Sequence record: NC_054918.1
DNA from: Escherichia phage vB_EcoM_G4498
Length of the DNA stretch: 64,000 bases
Direction: 5' to 3' (one strand)
Made by a program: the position numbers and the translations under genes
In this document: in pieces, positions 1 through 9,046 of the stretch
Position numbering within the stretch: the stretch's first letter is position 1
Layout: each line of letters starts with the position of its first letter
Notes under the pieces: generated by a model
The model's input: only the letters and a program-made list of their open reading frames with translations
What the model was told of the DNA's origin: nothing
Databases searched by the model: none

Positions 1-2178
1 TTAGGCCGCAAGGGCCTTCATAGTTTTAGCGATTTGGGAAACTTCATCATCACTCAAAGAGTTGCGATAACCGATGAAGTCGGAAACAATACGGAATTTC
101 TTGGTAAACTCAGCAACCATTTTATCACTGTTTTTTGAAGCATTATTTGATAATACATCAAAAAGATTAGTTACTGTCCAGATGTCATGACCGATGGTAT
201 CTTTTCCACCATTAAAATATACACCGCGCAATGAACTAACTATATTAGCGAGTCGTGTATATTCTTCAGAAACTTCATCTGTACTGAAGTACTTCATCAT
301 AAAATCTAGTTCAGGATACTTGATAATTTTATCAATATATCGTTGAGCTGAACTTGAATAACCTACGTACTTATCATAATCTACATCATCAAAAGCATCT
401 ACATATAAATCACGCAGAGTTTCAAAAATACATTGGCACTGACCGAGTTCTTTTACCTTTTTCTGCAAAAGCGGACGAATAACATAAAACTCATTAATGC
501 CAATAAGATTAGCCATACGAATCAAAATATTCATAGATGGATGACAAAGAGATGTAGTACCATCCATAGAGAAAATATCAGAACGATGCATATACGCTAC
601 ATACCCAGTAATTTCATCTGCTTCTGATGTGAGCGTAAATAATTCCTCTTTTTCCCAGCGCCCGTCTTTAATTTCAAACTTAAATGCTGTAGCAGCTTTA
701 GGACGAGAAGCTTTACTTTTAACTACCTTTGGAATATAGCTTTTAACTAAAGCTTCAATTTCTGACAAATAATGAATGTTAACTTCATCACTTTCAAACA
801 TCGCCATAATATCAGGAAGTAAATCAATCTGCGATTCTACTTCTGGATTAATAAACAGAAGACGCTCATTATGATGAATATTCAAAGTGTTATTAAATTC
901 ACTATCATCTAACGCTCGTGCTAATCCACGAACAATATTAACACGATTTTTAATATTATCAATAACGATATTAATTTTTGTTGTATTAATACCAAACAGA
1001 CGATAACTTGATGCAACGGCTGAAGTTTCATGACTTTGCTTAATGCGCTTCAGTCGAGGGTCAAGATTTACTTCATACACAACTCCTGCATTACATAACT
1101 TATTGTCAGGTTCAAACATGCTCTGCATCTTTTTATATGACAGATTTTTAGTCGTGAATTTGACTGAATTACTAATCATATAATCTCGAGCAGAATATCC
1201 CATCTTCATCAATTCACGATATGTGTGACGAGGAGATGTAGATTCTTTAAATCGTTTTACATCTTCATTAAATGCTTTCTCACTGAGTTCTTTAACTCGT
1301 TCAATAATATTTTTACGAGTACGATCATCTAGTGAAAGAGCTTCGCGTGATGGAGCAATATCAAGCGAACCCATTGGAAACTTAATGTAATTCACTTCAT
1401 TACGAATGCTTAGCCAGTTACGGTCTTTAATAACACCATCGATAGGATAAACAATACCGCCATAGATAGCATATAATCCACCACGATCAGGCCAGTATCT
1501 TTCTGGATTTATGCCGTAATAATCATCAAAATCCGGAAAATAATCAATTTCGCGGTCAAGACCATTAATGATAGCCAAATCTTTGAATGGTCGCATGATA
1601 TAAGAAACTTCATAAGCAAAGTTTCTAAAGTCTTTTTCTTCAACTGGAACTACGATTTCAATACCAGTTTTATCATCTGGACCCATTTCTTTTACGAATG
1701 TAGGTTTAATCTGTGGACCATCACCATCCATGTAAGCTACATAACCACGAATTTCACCTTTATGATACGAAGTAATACTAAATGTATCAGTATAACTAAA
1801 CGGAGATTTAGAACCTAAACCAAACCCGCCAATAAAGTCATTAGATTCAGCCTTAGATGAACTGAAGTATGAATTATATAACCCAGGAGAATTATCATCA
1901 CCCTGAATATCAAAATCACTCATACCCGGACCAAAATCTCGACAAACAAATCGCGGATCTAATCGTCCTGGAACTTGTATGATAAATTTTTCAGGATTTC
2001 CATTAAGTGCATGGGCATCAATCATATTAGTAATTAATTCACGGACTACTGCACGAATCTTGTTTGTATACAAATCAGATGACAGAATTTTAAATACTTT
2101 AGGAGATGCTGTGATGCTAAATGCTTTTGATTTAGAACCATTGCCAAGAATTGTTTCTTTTTCAGTGGTGATAATCAT
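1..2178 (-). CDS. rIIA: rIIA protein, complete 725 aa (GHKL/HATPase-like N-terminus)
   Basis: Full-length ORF. The sequence [20 protein letters not shown]... matches my memory of T4 rIIA along its length. The stop codon is at 1-3. Confidence 0.95.
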   Translation of the reverse strand: MIITTEKETILGNGSKSKAFSITASPKVFKILSSDLYTNKIRAVVRELITNMIDAHALNGNPEKFIIQVPGRLDPRFVCRDFGPGMSDFDIQGDDNSPGLYNSYFSSSKAESNDFIGGFGLGSKSPFSYTDTFSITSYHKGEIRGYVAYMDGDGPQIKPTFVKEMGPDDKTGIEIVVPVEEKDFRNFAYEVSYIMRPFKDLAIINGLDREIDYFPDFDDYYGINPERYWPDRGGLYAIYGGIVYPIDGVIKDRNWLSIRNEVNYIKFPMGSLDIAPSREALSLDDRTRKNIIERVKELSEKAFNEDVKRFKESTSPRHTYRELMKMGYSARDYMISNSVKFTTKNLSYKKMQSMFEPDNKLCNAGVVYEVNLDPRLKRIKQSHETSAVASSYRLFGINTTKINIVIDNIKNRVNIVRGLARALDDSEFNNTLNIHHNERLLFINPEVESQIDLLPDIMAMFESDEVNIHYLSEIEALVKSYIPKVVKSKASRPKAATAFKFEIKDGRWEKEELFTLTSEADEITGYVAYMHRSDIFSMDGTTSLCHPSMNILIRMANLIGINEFYVIRPLLQKKVKELGQCQCIFETLRDLYVDAFDDVDYDKYVGYSSSAQRYIDKIIKYPELDFMMKYFSTDEVSEEYTRLANIVSSLRGVYFNGGKDTIGHDIWTVTNLFDVLSNNASKNSDKMVAEFTKKFRIVSDFIGYRNSLSDDEVSQIAKTMKALAA

Positions 2179-2188
2179 AATTTCCTCA

Positions 2189-2392
2189 TTAATTCATATT
2201 ACGCTTAATAACTTCAGCAACTTCTAGTAATTCATCTTTAGTTGCAGTGTCGGATTGAATTTTATCTCTAATATCTTTAAAGCGGTTTTTAAATTCTTCG
2301 GCTTCTCCCATATCGAAAAAGCGTTGAATGATTCTATATTCTCGATGAACTGCTTTATCAAAAAGTTCTAAATTTACTTTATATGATTTCAT
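2189..2392 (-). CDS. rIIA.1: small protein at the T4 rIIA.1 position (67 aa)
   Basis: ORF directly upstream of rIIA, with an early promoter at 2418-2447. Confidence 0.7.
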   Translation of the reverse strand: MKSYKVNLELFDKAVHREYRIIQRFFDMGEAEEFKNRFKDIRDKIQSDTATKDELLEVAEVIKRNMN

Positions 2393-2417
2393 TTCAATAT
2401 CCTCATTTGCCCAATTA

Positions 2418-2447
2418 ATTATACCACATCCTTGTGGTAAAGTAAAC
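2418..2447 (-). promoter_or_regulatory. early (sigma-70) promoter
   Basis: Minus strand GTTTAC (2442-2447), 18 nt, TATAAT (2418-2423). Upstream of rIIA.1/rIIA. Confidence 0.7.
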
Positions 2448-4264
2448 TACTGGCTCATCCATTCTTTACGAAGGTCAGCATTATCTCCCATGAGCATTTC
2501 AAAAAGCTCTTTCCAGTTCTCAGGAAGTTTAACAACATCATATACTGGATTTTGAATCATCTCACGATATTCAGATTTTTCCAAAGAGCCAAGTCCTTTA
2601 ATATAACGGATGCTATGTTTAGGTAGAGCATCTTTAGCACTCTCATATTCAGCGACTGTATAAAACCATTCTTGTTTTTTACCAATCTGTGCGATGATTA
2701 CAGGAGTTTTGACAAAGCGAATTCGTCCTTGCTCAAACAGTTCTGGCCAATTACTAAAAAATCCAAGCAGAGAAGGATAAATGCTTCCTAGACCATCATG
2801 GTCAGCATCAGTCATAATAGCAATATTATGATAATTCAAGTTTTCAGCTTTTTCACCGAGAACTAATCCAGTGATTGCGCAAATATCAAACAGTTCTTTG
2901 TTTTTAAGCATGTCAGCATATGACATACCCCAACTGTTGAGAACTTTACCACGTAATGGATAACCACCGTGAAGTTCTTTATCACGAACATCAATAAGAT
3001 ATCCGATAGCCGAATCACCCTCAGTCAAGAAAAGAGTAGTATCAGCATCTTTACCACAAAGATTCGCTTTAATATGTTTATGAACCTTAGCTTTAGAAGC
3101 CTTTTTAGCTGCTTTAGTTTCTGCTGCTTTTTCTGCCGCCAATTTACGAGCCAAAGCAGCTTCAATAATCGGCATTAGAATTGCTTCATTATTTAGAATA
3201 GCGCGTGAAATCTTTTTAGCATCAAGTTGAATATGACTACGAATTTCGCCAAATGGAGAAGTCAAACGCTCTTTAGTTTGAGAATCAAATCGCATGTTTT
3301 TCATATCACGAACAAACATAACGATAGTCAAACATTCTTTAACACGCGCTTTAGTTACATCAATTTTGAACTTACGTTTGATTTGTGGAATAAGGTCTTC
3401 ACAAATATCATCCATAACACAGTCAATGTGATGGCCACCATTCTTAGTGTGAATGTTATTGACGTATGTTAATTGACGAAAACCATCCGGTGAACGACCA
3501 ACCGCAATAGAACAATTTTCTTGTTCTTGAACAATAGCATGCTCATCATATTGGCGTGCATATTTCTTAAAATTGCCCTGAACCTTTTTACCATTAAAGG
3601 TAAATTGAATATCAGGATAAACAACAGCAAGTGTCTGGAGACGATCTAATGTAATGTCAAGATAAACTTGAGATAATTCATTAGTTTCAAATGACATAAA
3701 ATCTGGAATGAAAGTAACACGAGTTCCTTTCCATTTTCCAGGAATAGTTTCCCATGATTTATTTTCCATGCCATTTGAACAACGAACTACAATATTATTT
3801 TGACCATCGCCAGTTTCACCGACAAACATCACAGAAAAAATGTTAGTTAAACTAGAACCAACACCATTCATACCACCGGTGACGCGTTCTTTATCATCAC
3901 CAAAGTTACCACCTGCTTTTGGAATAGTCCACGCAGCAACTGGACCAGGAATTTCTTCACCGGTAGGTGTTTTGACCATCGCTTGTGGAATACCACGACC
4001 GTTATCTTCAACTGTTACTTGATTGTTTTTAATAGTAACATTAATTTTATTTGCGAATTTAAACTTAGTACGAATACCTTCATCTACTGAGTTATCGATA
4101 ATTTCATCAATAAGCTTAACAAGACCAGGTACATACTGAACACTTTCCCATTTACCAAACAGAAAGCGCTCATGCATTTCATTAGCGGAAGAGCCAATGT
4201 ACATGCCGCTACGCTTTTTGATATGTTCAATATCGCTCAGAATTTTAATTTCATTCTTAATCAT
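2447..4264 (-). CDS. 39: DNA topoisomerase II large subunit, uninterrupted 605 aa (T4 39 + 60 equivalent)
   Basis: GHKL ATPase and Toprim motifs. The sequence ...GEKAENLNYHNIAIMTDADHDGLGSIYPSLLGFF... is continuous. ATG at 4262-4264; the track ORF begins one codon earlier at a GTG. Confidence 0.95.
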   Translation of the reverse strand: MIKNEIKILSDIEHIKKRSGMYIGSSANEMHERFLFGKWESVQYVPGLVKLIDEIIDNSVDEGIRTKFKFANKINVTIKNNQVTVEDNGRGIPQAMVKTPTGEEIPGPVAAWTIPKAGGNFGDDKERVTGGMNGVGSSLTNIFSVMFVGETGDGQNNIVVRCSNGMENKSWETIPGKWKGTRVTFIPDFMSFETNELSQVYLDITLDRLQTLAVVYPDIQFTFNGKKVQGNFKKYARQYDEHAIVQEQENCSIAVGRSPDGFRQLTYVNNIHTKNGGHHIDCVMDDICEDLIPQIKRKFKIDVTKARVKECLTIVMFVRDMKNMRFDSQTKERLTSPFGEIRSHIQLDAKKISRAILNNEAILMPIIEAALARKLAAEKAAETKAAKKASKAKVHKHIKANLCGKDADTTLFLTEGDSAIGYLIDVRDKELHGGYPLRGKVLNSWGMSYADMLKNKELFDICAITGLVLGEKAENLNYHNIAIMTDADHDGLGSIYPSLLGFFSNWPELFEQGRIRFVKTPVIIAQIGKKQEWFYTVAEYESAKDALPKHSIRYIKGLGSLEKSEYREMIQNPVYDVVKLPENWKELFEMLMGDNADLRKEWMSQ

Positions 4265-4291
4265 CACTTATCCTCGTTTGGTTTCGGGAAT

Positions 4292-4318
4292 ATTATACTC
4301 CGGTAATCATAAAGCTAA
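4292..4318 (-). promoter_or_regulatory. probable MotA-dependent middle promoter for gene 39
   Basis: Minus strand TTAGCTTTA (one mismatch to the MotA box a/t-a/t-TGCTT-t/c-A), 12 nt, TATAAT. Confidence 0.45.
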
Positions 4319-4334
4319 AGGCCCGAAGGCCTTT
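4317..4334 (-). terminator. UUCG-tetraloop hairpin
   Basis: Minus strand AAAGGCC-UUCG-GGCCUUU. Overlaps the stop of 4334-4594. Confidence 0.6.
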
Positions 4335-4594
4335 TATTTAAAACGAATAGTCGAATCCTTGAAGAATAGTCCAGAACATACTGTTCCTTCTACTTTCTGC
4401 CCAGTAGGTCCAATAGCACGAAATCCAGTATGTTGGAAATCATTTTCAGAACAACCGAACCAGTTATATCCAGTGATTTCAATATTAGTAAAACCGCTTG
4501 AAGACAAAACTTTGGTTGCATTATCAGCATCAGTACATCCTACTAAAGACACTGCTAATACTAATGCCGCGATAGAACGATTAATATATTTCAT
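4334..4594 (-). CDS. predicted lipoprotein (39.1 position)
   Basis: Signal peptide with lipobox ...AVSLVGC. ATG at 4592-4594; an alternative GTG at 4601-4603 overlaps the upstream stop. Confidence 0.6.
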   Translation of the reverse strand: MKYINRSIAALVLAVSLVGCTDADNATKVLSSSGFTNIEITGYNWFGCSENDFQHTGFRAIGPTGQKVEGTVCSGLFFKDSTIRFK

Positions 4595-4599
4595 AATTT

Positions 4600-4971
4600 T
4601 CACTTAAATTTAATGGCTTGAAGAAGACTAATAATTCTCAAGCGACTTCCTTCATCTTTAACTGTAAAAGAAAGAGGGTCACCAGATTTCATAGTGATAG
4701 TGCATTCAAAAGCAAAACCTTCGGGAACTTCTTCGAAGAAGTCAAATTCTTCATCATAAATTAGAACATTACTCTGAAAACTGTGAAGAATTTTTCCGTC
4801 ATTTCCAGATGCTGTACTAATCATTGTAACATTATTACCTTTCATATCTTCAACGATAAATTCGCTTGTAGATATTACAGCATTAATAGAACCATTCCTA
4901 TAAATAGCAGAAAATAGATATTTCTTTTCTTCACCTTCGCGAATGCGATATTTCTTACCGATTTTAAACAT
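4600..4971 (-). CDS. hypothetical protein, 123 aa, with a GoF-like C-terminal motif
   Basis: Intact ORF. EEFDFFEEV resembles EAEFFNEV in the goF product. Confidence 0.6.
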   Translation of the reverse strand: MFKIGKKYRIREGEEKKYLFSAIYRNGSINAVISTSEFIVEDMKGNNVTMISTASGNDGKILHSFQSNVLIYDEEFDFFEEVPEGFAFECTITMKSGDPLSFTVKDEGSRLRIISLLQAIKFK

Positions 4972-4973
4972 AA

Positions 4974-5150
4974 TTACCCTTTAAGTAAGTCGTAAAATCC
5001 GCCATTCACATGCTTAGGGGCAGAGACTAACCGAATAGCAATCCGATGACAATCAGGACATACATCAGTATCTCTTTCAGAAATTTTCTTGATTTTTTCG
5101 TATTCTTTTGCGCAGTCTTTTGATTGACATTTATAATCATAAAGCGGCAT
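4974..5150 (-). CDS. small zinc-ribbon protein, 58 aa (below the ORF-track cutoff)
   Basis: My own translation: MPLYDYKCQSKDCAKEYEKIKKISERDTDVCPDCHRIAIRLVSAPKHVNGGFYDLLKG. It has CxxxxC...CxxC and fills the gap between flanking genes exactly. Confidence 0.6.
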   Translation of the reverse strand: MPLYDYKCQSKDCAKEYEKIKKISERDTDVCPDCHRIAIRLVSAPKHVNGGFYDLLKG

Positions 5151-5152
5151 AA

Positions 5153-5566
5153 TTATTCCTTAAAGTGAGCTTTCAACATCTGATACAAGGACCATGCCTG
5201 TTCATCATTTTCAATAGTAACTTTCATTACAGGGAATTTAGATTGATCAGTTATCGGTGCAGATTCTTCCTGCTCTTCAGCTGCCTGGTATGGATTTTCA
5301 ACTTCATTAAAGAATTCAGCTTCATTCGATGAAAGCCAAATAAAATCTTCATCCAAAATATCTTTACCAGAAGATAGTACTAAATTTCCAGCAAATGACA
5401 TAATTTTAATAGGACGCCCAAGAGCATCCACATCTAAAATTTTAAAAGGATGCATACCTAAACGGCGTGCATAGATTCCGTTATCAGTATGGTCTTTAAT
5501 AAAATTTTCTTGAGCTTGTTTATTTTTAAATTGATACCATTTATTAACTTCAAATTTAATAGCCAT
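5153..5566 (-). CDS. goF: GoF mRNA-metabolism modulator (137 aa)
   Basis: Position after 39.x and size are close to T4 GoF. Recognition is from memory only. Confidence 0.6.
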   Translation of the reverse strand: MAIKFEVNKWYQFKNKQAQENFIKDHTDNGIYARRLGMHPFKILDVDALGRPIKIMSFAGNLVLSSGKDILDEDFIWLSSNEAEFFNEVENPYQAAEEQEESAPITDQSKFPVMKVTIENDEQAWSLYQMLKAHFKE

Positions 5567-5781
5567 TAATAAATTTCCTTCCAGTAAGTTGTACCATCTT
5601 CAGTGATTTCACGAAATACACCGTAAATTGGTTGTTTATCCCCAACCTTTTCATACACATAAACCGAAGTCAAGTGAGTAAACTTAGCAGTGTGTTCCTT
5701 TTGAACTACTACCAAATCTGGATCGAATAACACATCTTCAAATTCGTCATTAGTGCAGTTCTGAACAATTTTACGTTTCAT
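5566..5781 (-). CDS. cef: Cef, modifier of suppressor tRNAs (71 aa)
   Basis: Size and position match T4 cef. It overlaps the goF start by 1 nt. Confidence 0.55.
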   Translation of the reverse strand: MKRKIVQNCTNDEFEDVLFDPDLVVVQKEHTAKFTHLTSVYVYEKVGDKQPIYGVFREITEDGTTYWKEIY

Positions 5782-5853
5782 TACAATTTCCTCGTTAATT
5801 GAACATTGGAGCGATGCGTTTCAGAAGAGTAGCAGCACCTTTGGCAAATTTTC

Positions 5854-5929
5854 CATTTTATTCTCCAAGTTATTTTCTGTATCAGTAGTTGATATTGATA
5901 TAGTACCATAATCAACTACTGATGTATAT
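5854..5929 (-). repeat. promoter/leader cassette copy A (degenerate) with a 13-bp inverted repeat
   Basis: Arms atcagtagttgat (5881-5893) and atcaactactgat (5911-5923) flank TACTAT (5900-5905). GGAGAATAAAATG leads into an 11-codon mini-ORF. Confidence 0.6.
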
Positions 5930-5952
5930 AGTTTTATGAAAAATTTTAAACT

Positions 5953-6444
5953 TTATGCATAGCGAGCTTTGCTGTAGTGTTTAATCCAACTTTCAGGAAT
6001 GACTTTGTATGTTCCTAAAAATACCGCGTTGTATAACTTAACGCCATCTTCTACCCATTGATCAGTAATGTATGCACACATAGCGCGAGTACGGTTAACA
6101 ACACCTTCCTCACCTTCAGTAAATTCAAACTCATAAGGAGCAACGAACTTGATAGCTTGACCGAGTTTCCACTTAAAGTCTACACCTACATGCGAAGTAT
6201 CAATCGTTTCAATTCCTTTAGCGGGAACAGCTTTCAAAAACGCAGGCTCAAGAAATTTCCATCGAACATAACCAAACTGAGGTTTAGACATTCCATCTTT
6301 AGGAATGATACGCACTTTTACTTCAGAATCTTCATCTTTAACACCATGTTTAAGCTGAATGCTTACGACTTCAACCAATTTTCCTGCTGCTTTAGAACGG
6401 GATTTATCAGATACACGAGCAATTTCACCGATATTAATATTCAT
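5953..6444 (-). CDS. motB: MotB-position DNA-binding protein (163 aa)
   Basis: Size and position match T4 motB. An early promoter lies at 6489-6518. Confidence 0.55.
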   Translation of the reverse strand: MNINIGEIARVSDKSRSKAAGKLVEVVSIQLKHGVKDEDSEVKVRIIPKDGMSKPQFGYVRWKFLEPAFLKAVPAKGIETIDTSHVGVDFKWKLGQAIKFVAPYEFEFTEGEEGVVNRTRAMCAYITDQWVEDGVKLYNAVFLGTYKVIPESWIKHYSKARYA

Positions 6445-6488
6445 AATTATCTCTCACTTGTTAAAAAGATTTTATACTCCGCAGGACC

Positions 6489-6518
6489 ATTATACTCTGG
6501 TCCCAAGAGTTTGTAAAC
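6489..6518 (-). promoter_or_regulatory. early promoter
   Basis: GTTTAC-N18-TATAAT upstream of motB. The -10 sits in the loop of a GGACC/GGTCC hairpin. Confidence 0.7.
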
Positions 6519-6520
6519 TA

Positions 6521-7063
6521 TTAATTCAAAATAGCTACCACTGCACTACGAGGTACTACACTAAAATCACCTGCATGAACAACGTTCAGAAGTTCAACAC
6601 CATCTTCAATCCACTGGTCTGTTACCCAACCACAGACCGAAATAAATGGGGTCTTGATAGCTACAGCACGAGTTAGAAGGTCAGTAGGATCGCATTCTTG
6701 GAAGAGGATAAGCTCTGCTTCAAAGACTATAGTTTTAATTACTTCATCATTATCTAAGCGTTGTGCTCGAATCACATAAGCTTTATTCTTATCATGCCAA
6801 TTACTTTTTGAAAAACTTTTAACCACAAACTCGCCTTCACCCAAAACACTGGTCAATGCTTTATAACCCAAACTTAGTTCAGTAGTTTTAATTTCAGTTT
6901 CAACCAGTTTGTAGGTTTTGCCAATTTCGATGGTTCGAGCAGTCATAAAGGTTTCCTTAATTTCTAATGGTTTAACAAGAGTGCCGTACATGCTTGCTAT
7001 ATCCATATCAAATATTTTATCTATAGGATTTGGGGTGTATTCAGGATTATAATTAAATTTCAT
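6521..7063 (-). CDS. hypothetical protein (motB.1 position), C-terminal domain paralogous to MotB
   Basis: CGWVTDQWIEDGVELLNVVHAGDFSVVP aligns with CAYITDQWVEDGVKLYNAVFLGTYKVIP in the preceding gene. Confidence 0.6.
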   Translation of the reverse strand: MKFNYNPEYTPNPIDKIFDMDIASMYGTLVKPLEIKETFMTARTIEIGKTYKLVETEIKTTELSLGYKALTSVLGEGEFVVKSFSKSNWHDKNKAYVIRAQRLDNDEVIKTIVFEAELILFQECDPTDLLTRAVAIKTPFISVCGWVTDQWIEDGVELLNVVHAGDFSVVPRSAVVAILN

Positions 7064-7065
7064 AA

Positions 7066-7566
7066 TTATCTCATTTCAATAAAATCTACAAGTTCAGCAT
7101 GGGATTTGCGGAACATTACTTGGTGCCCGCCAATGATAACTTGGTCATCTGGCACTTCGTATACAGCAAGATAAAATCCTTTAGAAGATAATTCTTCACG
7201 CTCTTCTCGTGTGAACCATCTCATCATATCATATTCACTAGCGAAAGCAAAATGATAAAGAGCTATAAACCATCCTGGAATATGATATTCTACTCCAACA
7301 TAATCTTTCTTGAACTTAGTATTAATTGCTGTATTAGCGTTTTTAACTAATAGTTTATCTTCATGCGGTACAGGAATTCTTTTATTATTATCGCTATGAT
7401 GCATAAAATTAGGTCTGTCATAACCTACGCGTAATAACCACTCTTCGCTCCATGAATCTATTATACTCCTGTATGGTGTTATTTGAACACAAAGATTTCG
7501 ACGCATTGTTATAGCATCTTCACAATTAAGAATACTAAAAGATGATTCAACACGATAAATTTTCAT
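7066..7566 (-). CDS. hypothetical protein (motB.2 position), 166 aa
   Basis: Start moved to the ATG at 7564-7566 (SD GAGGA). The track start lies inside the early promoter at 7594-7623. Confidence 0.6.
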   Translation of the reverse strand: MKIYRVESSFSILNCEDAITMRRNLCVQITPYRSIIDSWSEEWLLRVGYDRPNFMHHSDNNKRIPVPHEDKLLVKNANTAINTKFKKDYVGVEYHIPGWFIALYHFAFASEYDMMRWFTREEREELSSKGFYLAVYEVPDDQVIIGGHQVMFRKSHAELVDFIEMR

Positions 7567-7593
7567 TTTATTATCCTCAGTAGCTATGGTGTT

Positions 7594-7623
7594 ATAGTAC
7601 CACAACTAACCGAGGAAGTAAAC
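7594..7623 (-). promoter_or_regulatory. early promoter
   Basis: GTTTAC-N18-TACTAT upstream of 7066-7566. Confidence 0.65.
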
Positions 7624-7629
7624 AACTTT

Positions 7630-8313
7630 TTATCGTTTTGTTGGAAGAGACAGAGGATCGCACTCTTCCTCTGACGGAGCATCTTCAAGACCCATAGCAT
7701 ATCGCAAAGCGTACTTCATCATCAGGATGTCTTTCGCACAGTCATGAATAGAATCATGTGCAACGAATCCATCTAAAGTTCCCTTTGGAAGAGGACATGT
7801 GGTCATATCACGAACAAGCAGAAGTGCTTCAATTCTGGTACGAATATCACGCTGATTCCAGAATTTACATGGTTCTAACTTAAATGTGTCAAGCTCATTC
7901 TCAGATACACCATTAAGGCGTTGAATATCACGAATGAGATCGACTAAAATTGGAAAATCAAACGACATTCCACGGCACCAGCCTTGAGATTTCCAAGGAT
8001 CGATATTATGTGCATTGATGTAATCATTAAATTTCGCAATACCGTCGATAGTGCTTACATCTTCATCGGACGGTGCAATATTTTTTCGAGCTTCAGGAGA
8101 TTGATTCTTCCACCATTCGATAGTACTTTTAGTAAAAAGACGATGTCCTTTTTGGCTTTTTAAATCAAATTTGATTTTAATGCCACGTGAAACTAATTCA
8201 TCGAATGTTTCAACCACTTCTGGATTAGGGTCAAAAGCAATTACAGCTAAATCAATAACCGCTGCTTTTTCACCGCTTCCCATTGTTTCAAAATCTATAA
8301 TAAAATCAAACAT
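7630..8313 (-). CDS. dexA: exonuclease A (DEDD-type 3-prime to 5-prime exonuclease), 227 aa
   Basis: N-terminal FDFIIDFETMG Exo-I motif. Size and position match T4 DexA. Confidence 0.85.
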   Translation of the reverse strand: MFDFIIDFETMGSGEKAAVIDLAVIAFDPNPEVVETFDELVSRGIKIKFDLKSQKGHRLFTKSTIEWWKNQSPEARKNIAPSDEDVSTIDGIAKFNDYINAHNIDPWKSQGWCRGMSFDFPILVDLIRDIQRLNGVSENELDTFKLEPCKFWNQRDIRTRIEALLLVRDMTTCPLPKGTLDGFVAHDSIHDCAKDILMMKYALRYAMGLEDAPSEEECDPLSLPTKR

Positions 8314-8555
8314 TAAATTTTCCTCGCTAAATCACGAATTTGACCTACAGTATAGTCTTGAATATAAACTTTATTAATAGGCTCATCAATAAATTTTGCC
8401 ATAGATTCAATATCTTTTTGTATCTCTTCAAGACTGTATACTATCTTTAAAGCTTTTTCGCGAATAGTAACATTATCAGGTCCTGAATTTTCTTGAATGA
8501 CAGCTTTAACATTTGCCATAAGAGATTTAAACTGGTACCAACTTAATTCAATCAT
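8313..8555 (-). CDS. small helical protein (dexA.1 position), 80 aa
   Basis: ATG at 8553-8555 preceded by GAGG. Paralogous to the next gene. Confidence 0.6.
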   Translation of the reverse strand: MIELSWYQFKSLMANVKAVIQENSGPDNVTIREKALKIVYSLEEIQKDIESMAKFIDEPINKVYIQDYTVGQIRDLARKI

Positions 8556-8793
8556 TAATAATCGCCTCATAAAGATAGCTAATTTCGCCTAAAACGTAAT
8601 CATTGATTGTAACAGTTTTCACTTCACCACAAAAGAATTCTAACGCAATTAAATCTCGTTCAATTTCTTCTAATTGAAGCATCAACTTACTAGATTCAAT
8701 TTTTACAGTTTCACGATTTTTACCATGAGCAATTTCATAAATTTCGCTAACTTTATCCTGAAGAAGATAAAACTGATCTTTAGTTATTTCCAC
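8548..8793 (-). CDS. small helical protein (dexA.2 position), about 81 aa, probable GTG start
   Basis: No ATG is available. GTG at 8791-8793 lies 7 nt after GAGGA. Aligns with the 8313-8555 product (QF...LEEI.(K/R)D...(Q/N)DY(T/V)(V/L)G(Q/E)I). Confidence 0.5.
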   Translation of the reverse strand: MEITKDQFYLLQDKVSEIYEIAHGKNRETVKIESSKLMLQLEEIERDLIALEFFCGEVKTVTINDYVLGEISYLYEAIIND

Positions 8794-9040
8794 GAATAGC
8801 TTCCTCAAATTTAATTAGTAATTTACAGACACTTTCATCTAGTGTAATTACCGTATCTGTATTACTGTGATATGATTGTTTTTCAATTCGTTTAATTGCT
8901 AATATAGTATCACTTATAAGATAAAGCTTATGAAGGAGCTCAGCTCCTGTTACCATAACATTAAGATTATCTTGCTTATTAGTATGCTTCCTTATACCAT
9001 CTATTAGACGATTTAAATATTTTGAATTGATGTTAATCAT
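8780..9040 (-). CDS. small hypothetical protein, 86 aa
   Basis: ATG with a GAGGA SD directly downstream of the dda stop. Confidence 0.6.
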   Translation of the reverse strand: MININSKYLNRLIDGIRKHTNKQDNLNVMVTGAELLHKLYLISDTILAIKRIEKQSYHSNTDTVITLDESVCKLLIKFEEAIRGNN

Positions 9041-9046
9041 ATATCC

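Noticed and set aside
4197-4607. Long plus-strand ORFs (4197-4607, 6058-6516, 30901-31317, 34027-34410, 61666-62049 and many shorter ones).
   Set aside because: Each lies entirely antisense to a well-supported minus-strand gene. They have no SD or promoter and give low-complexity or odd translations. They are most likely frame artefacts of an AT-rich genome.
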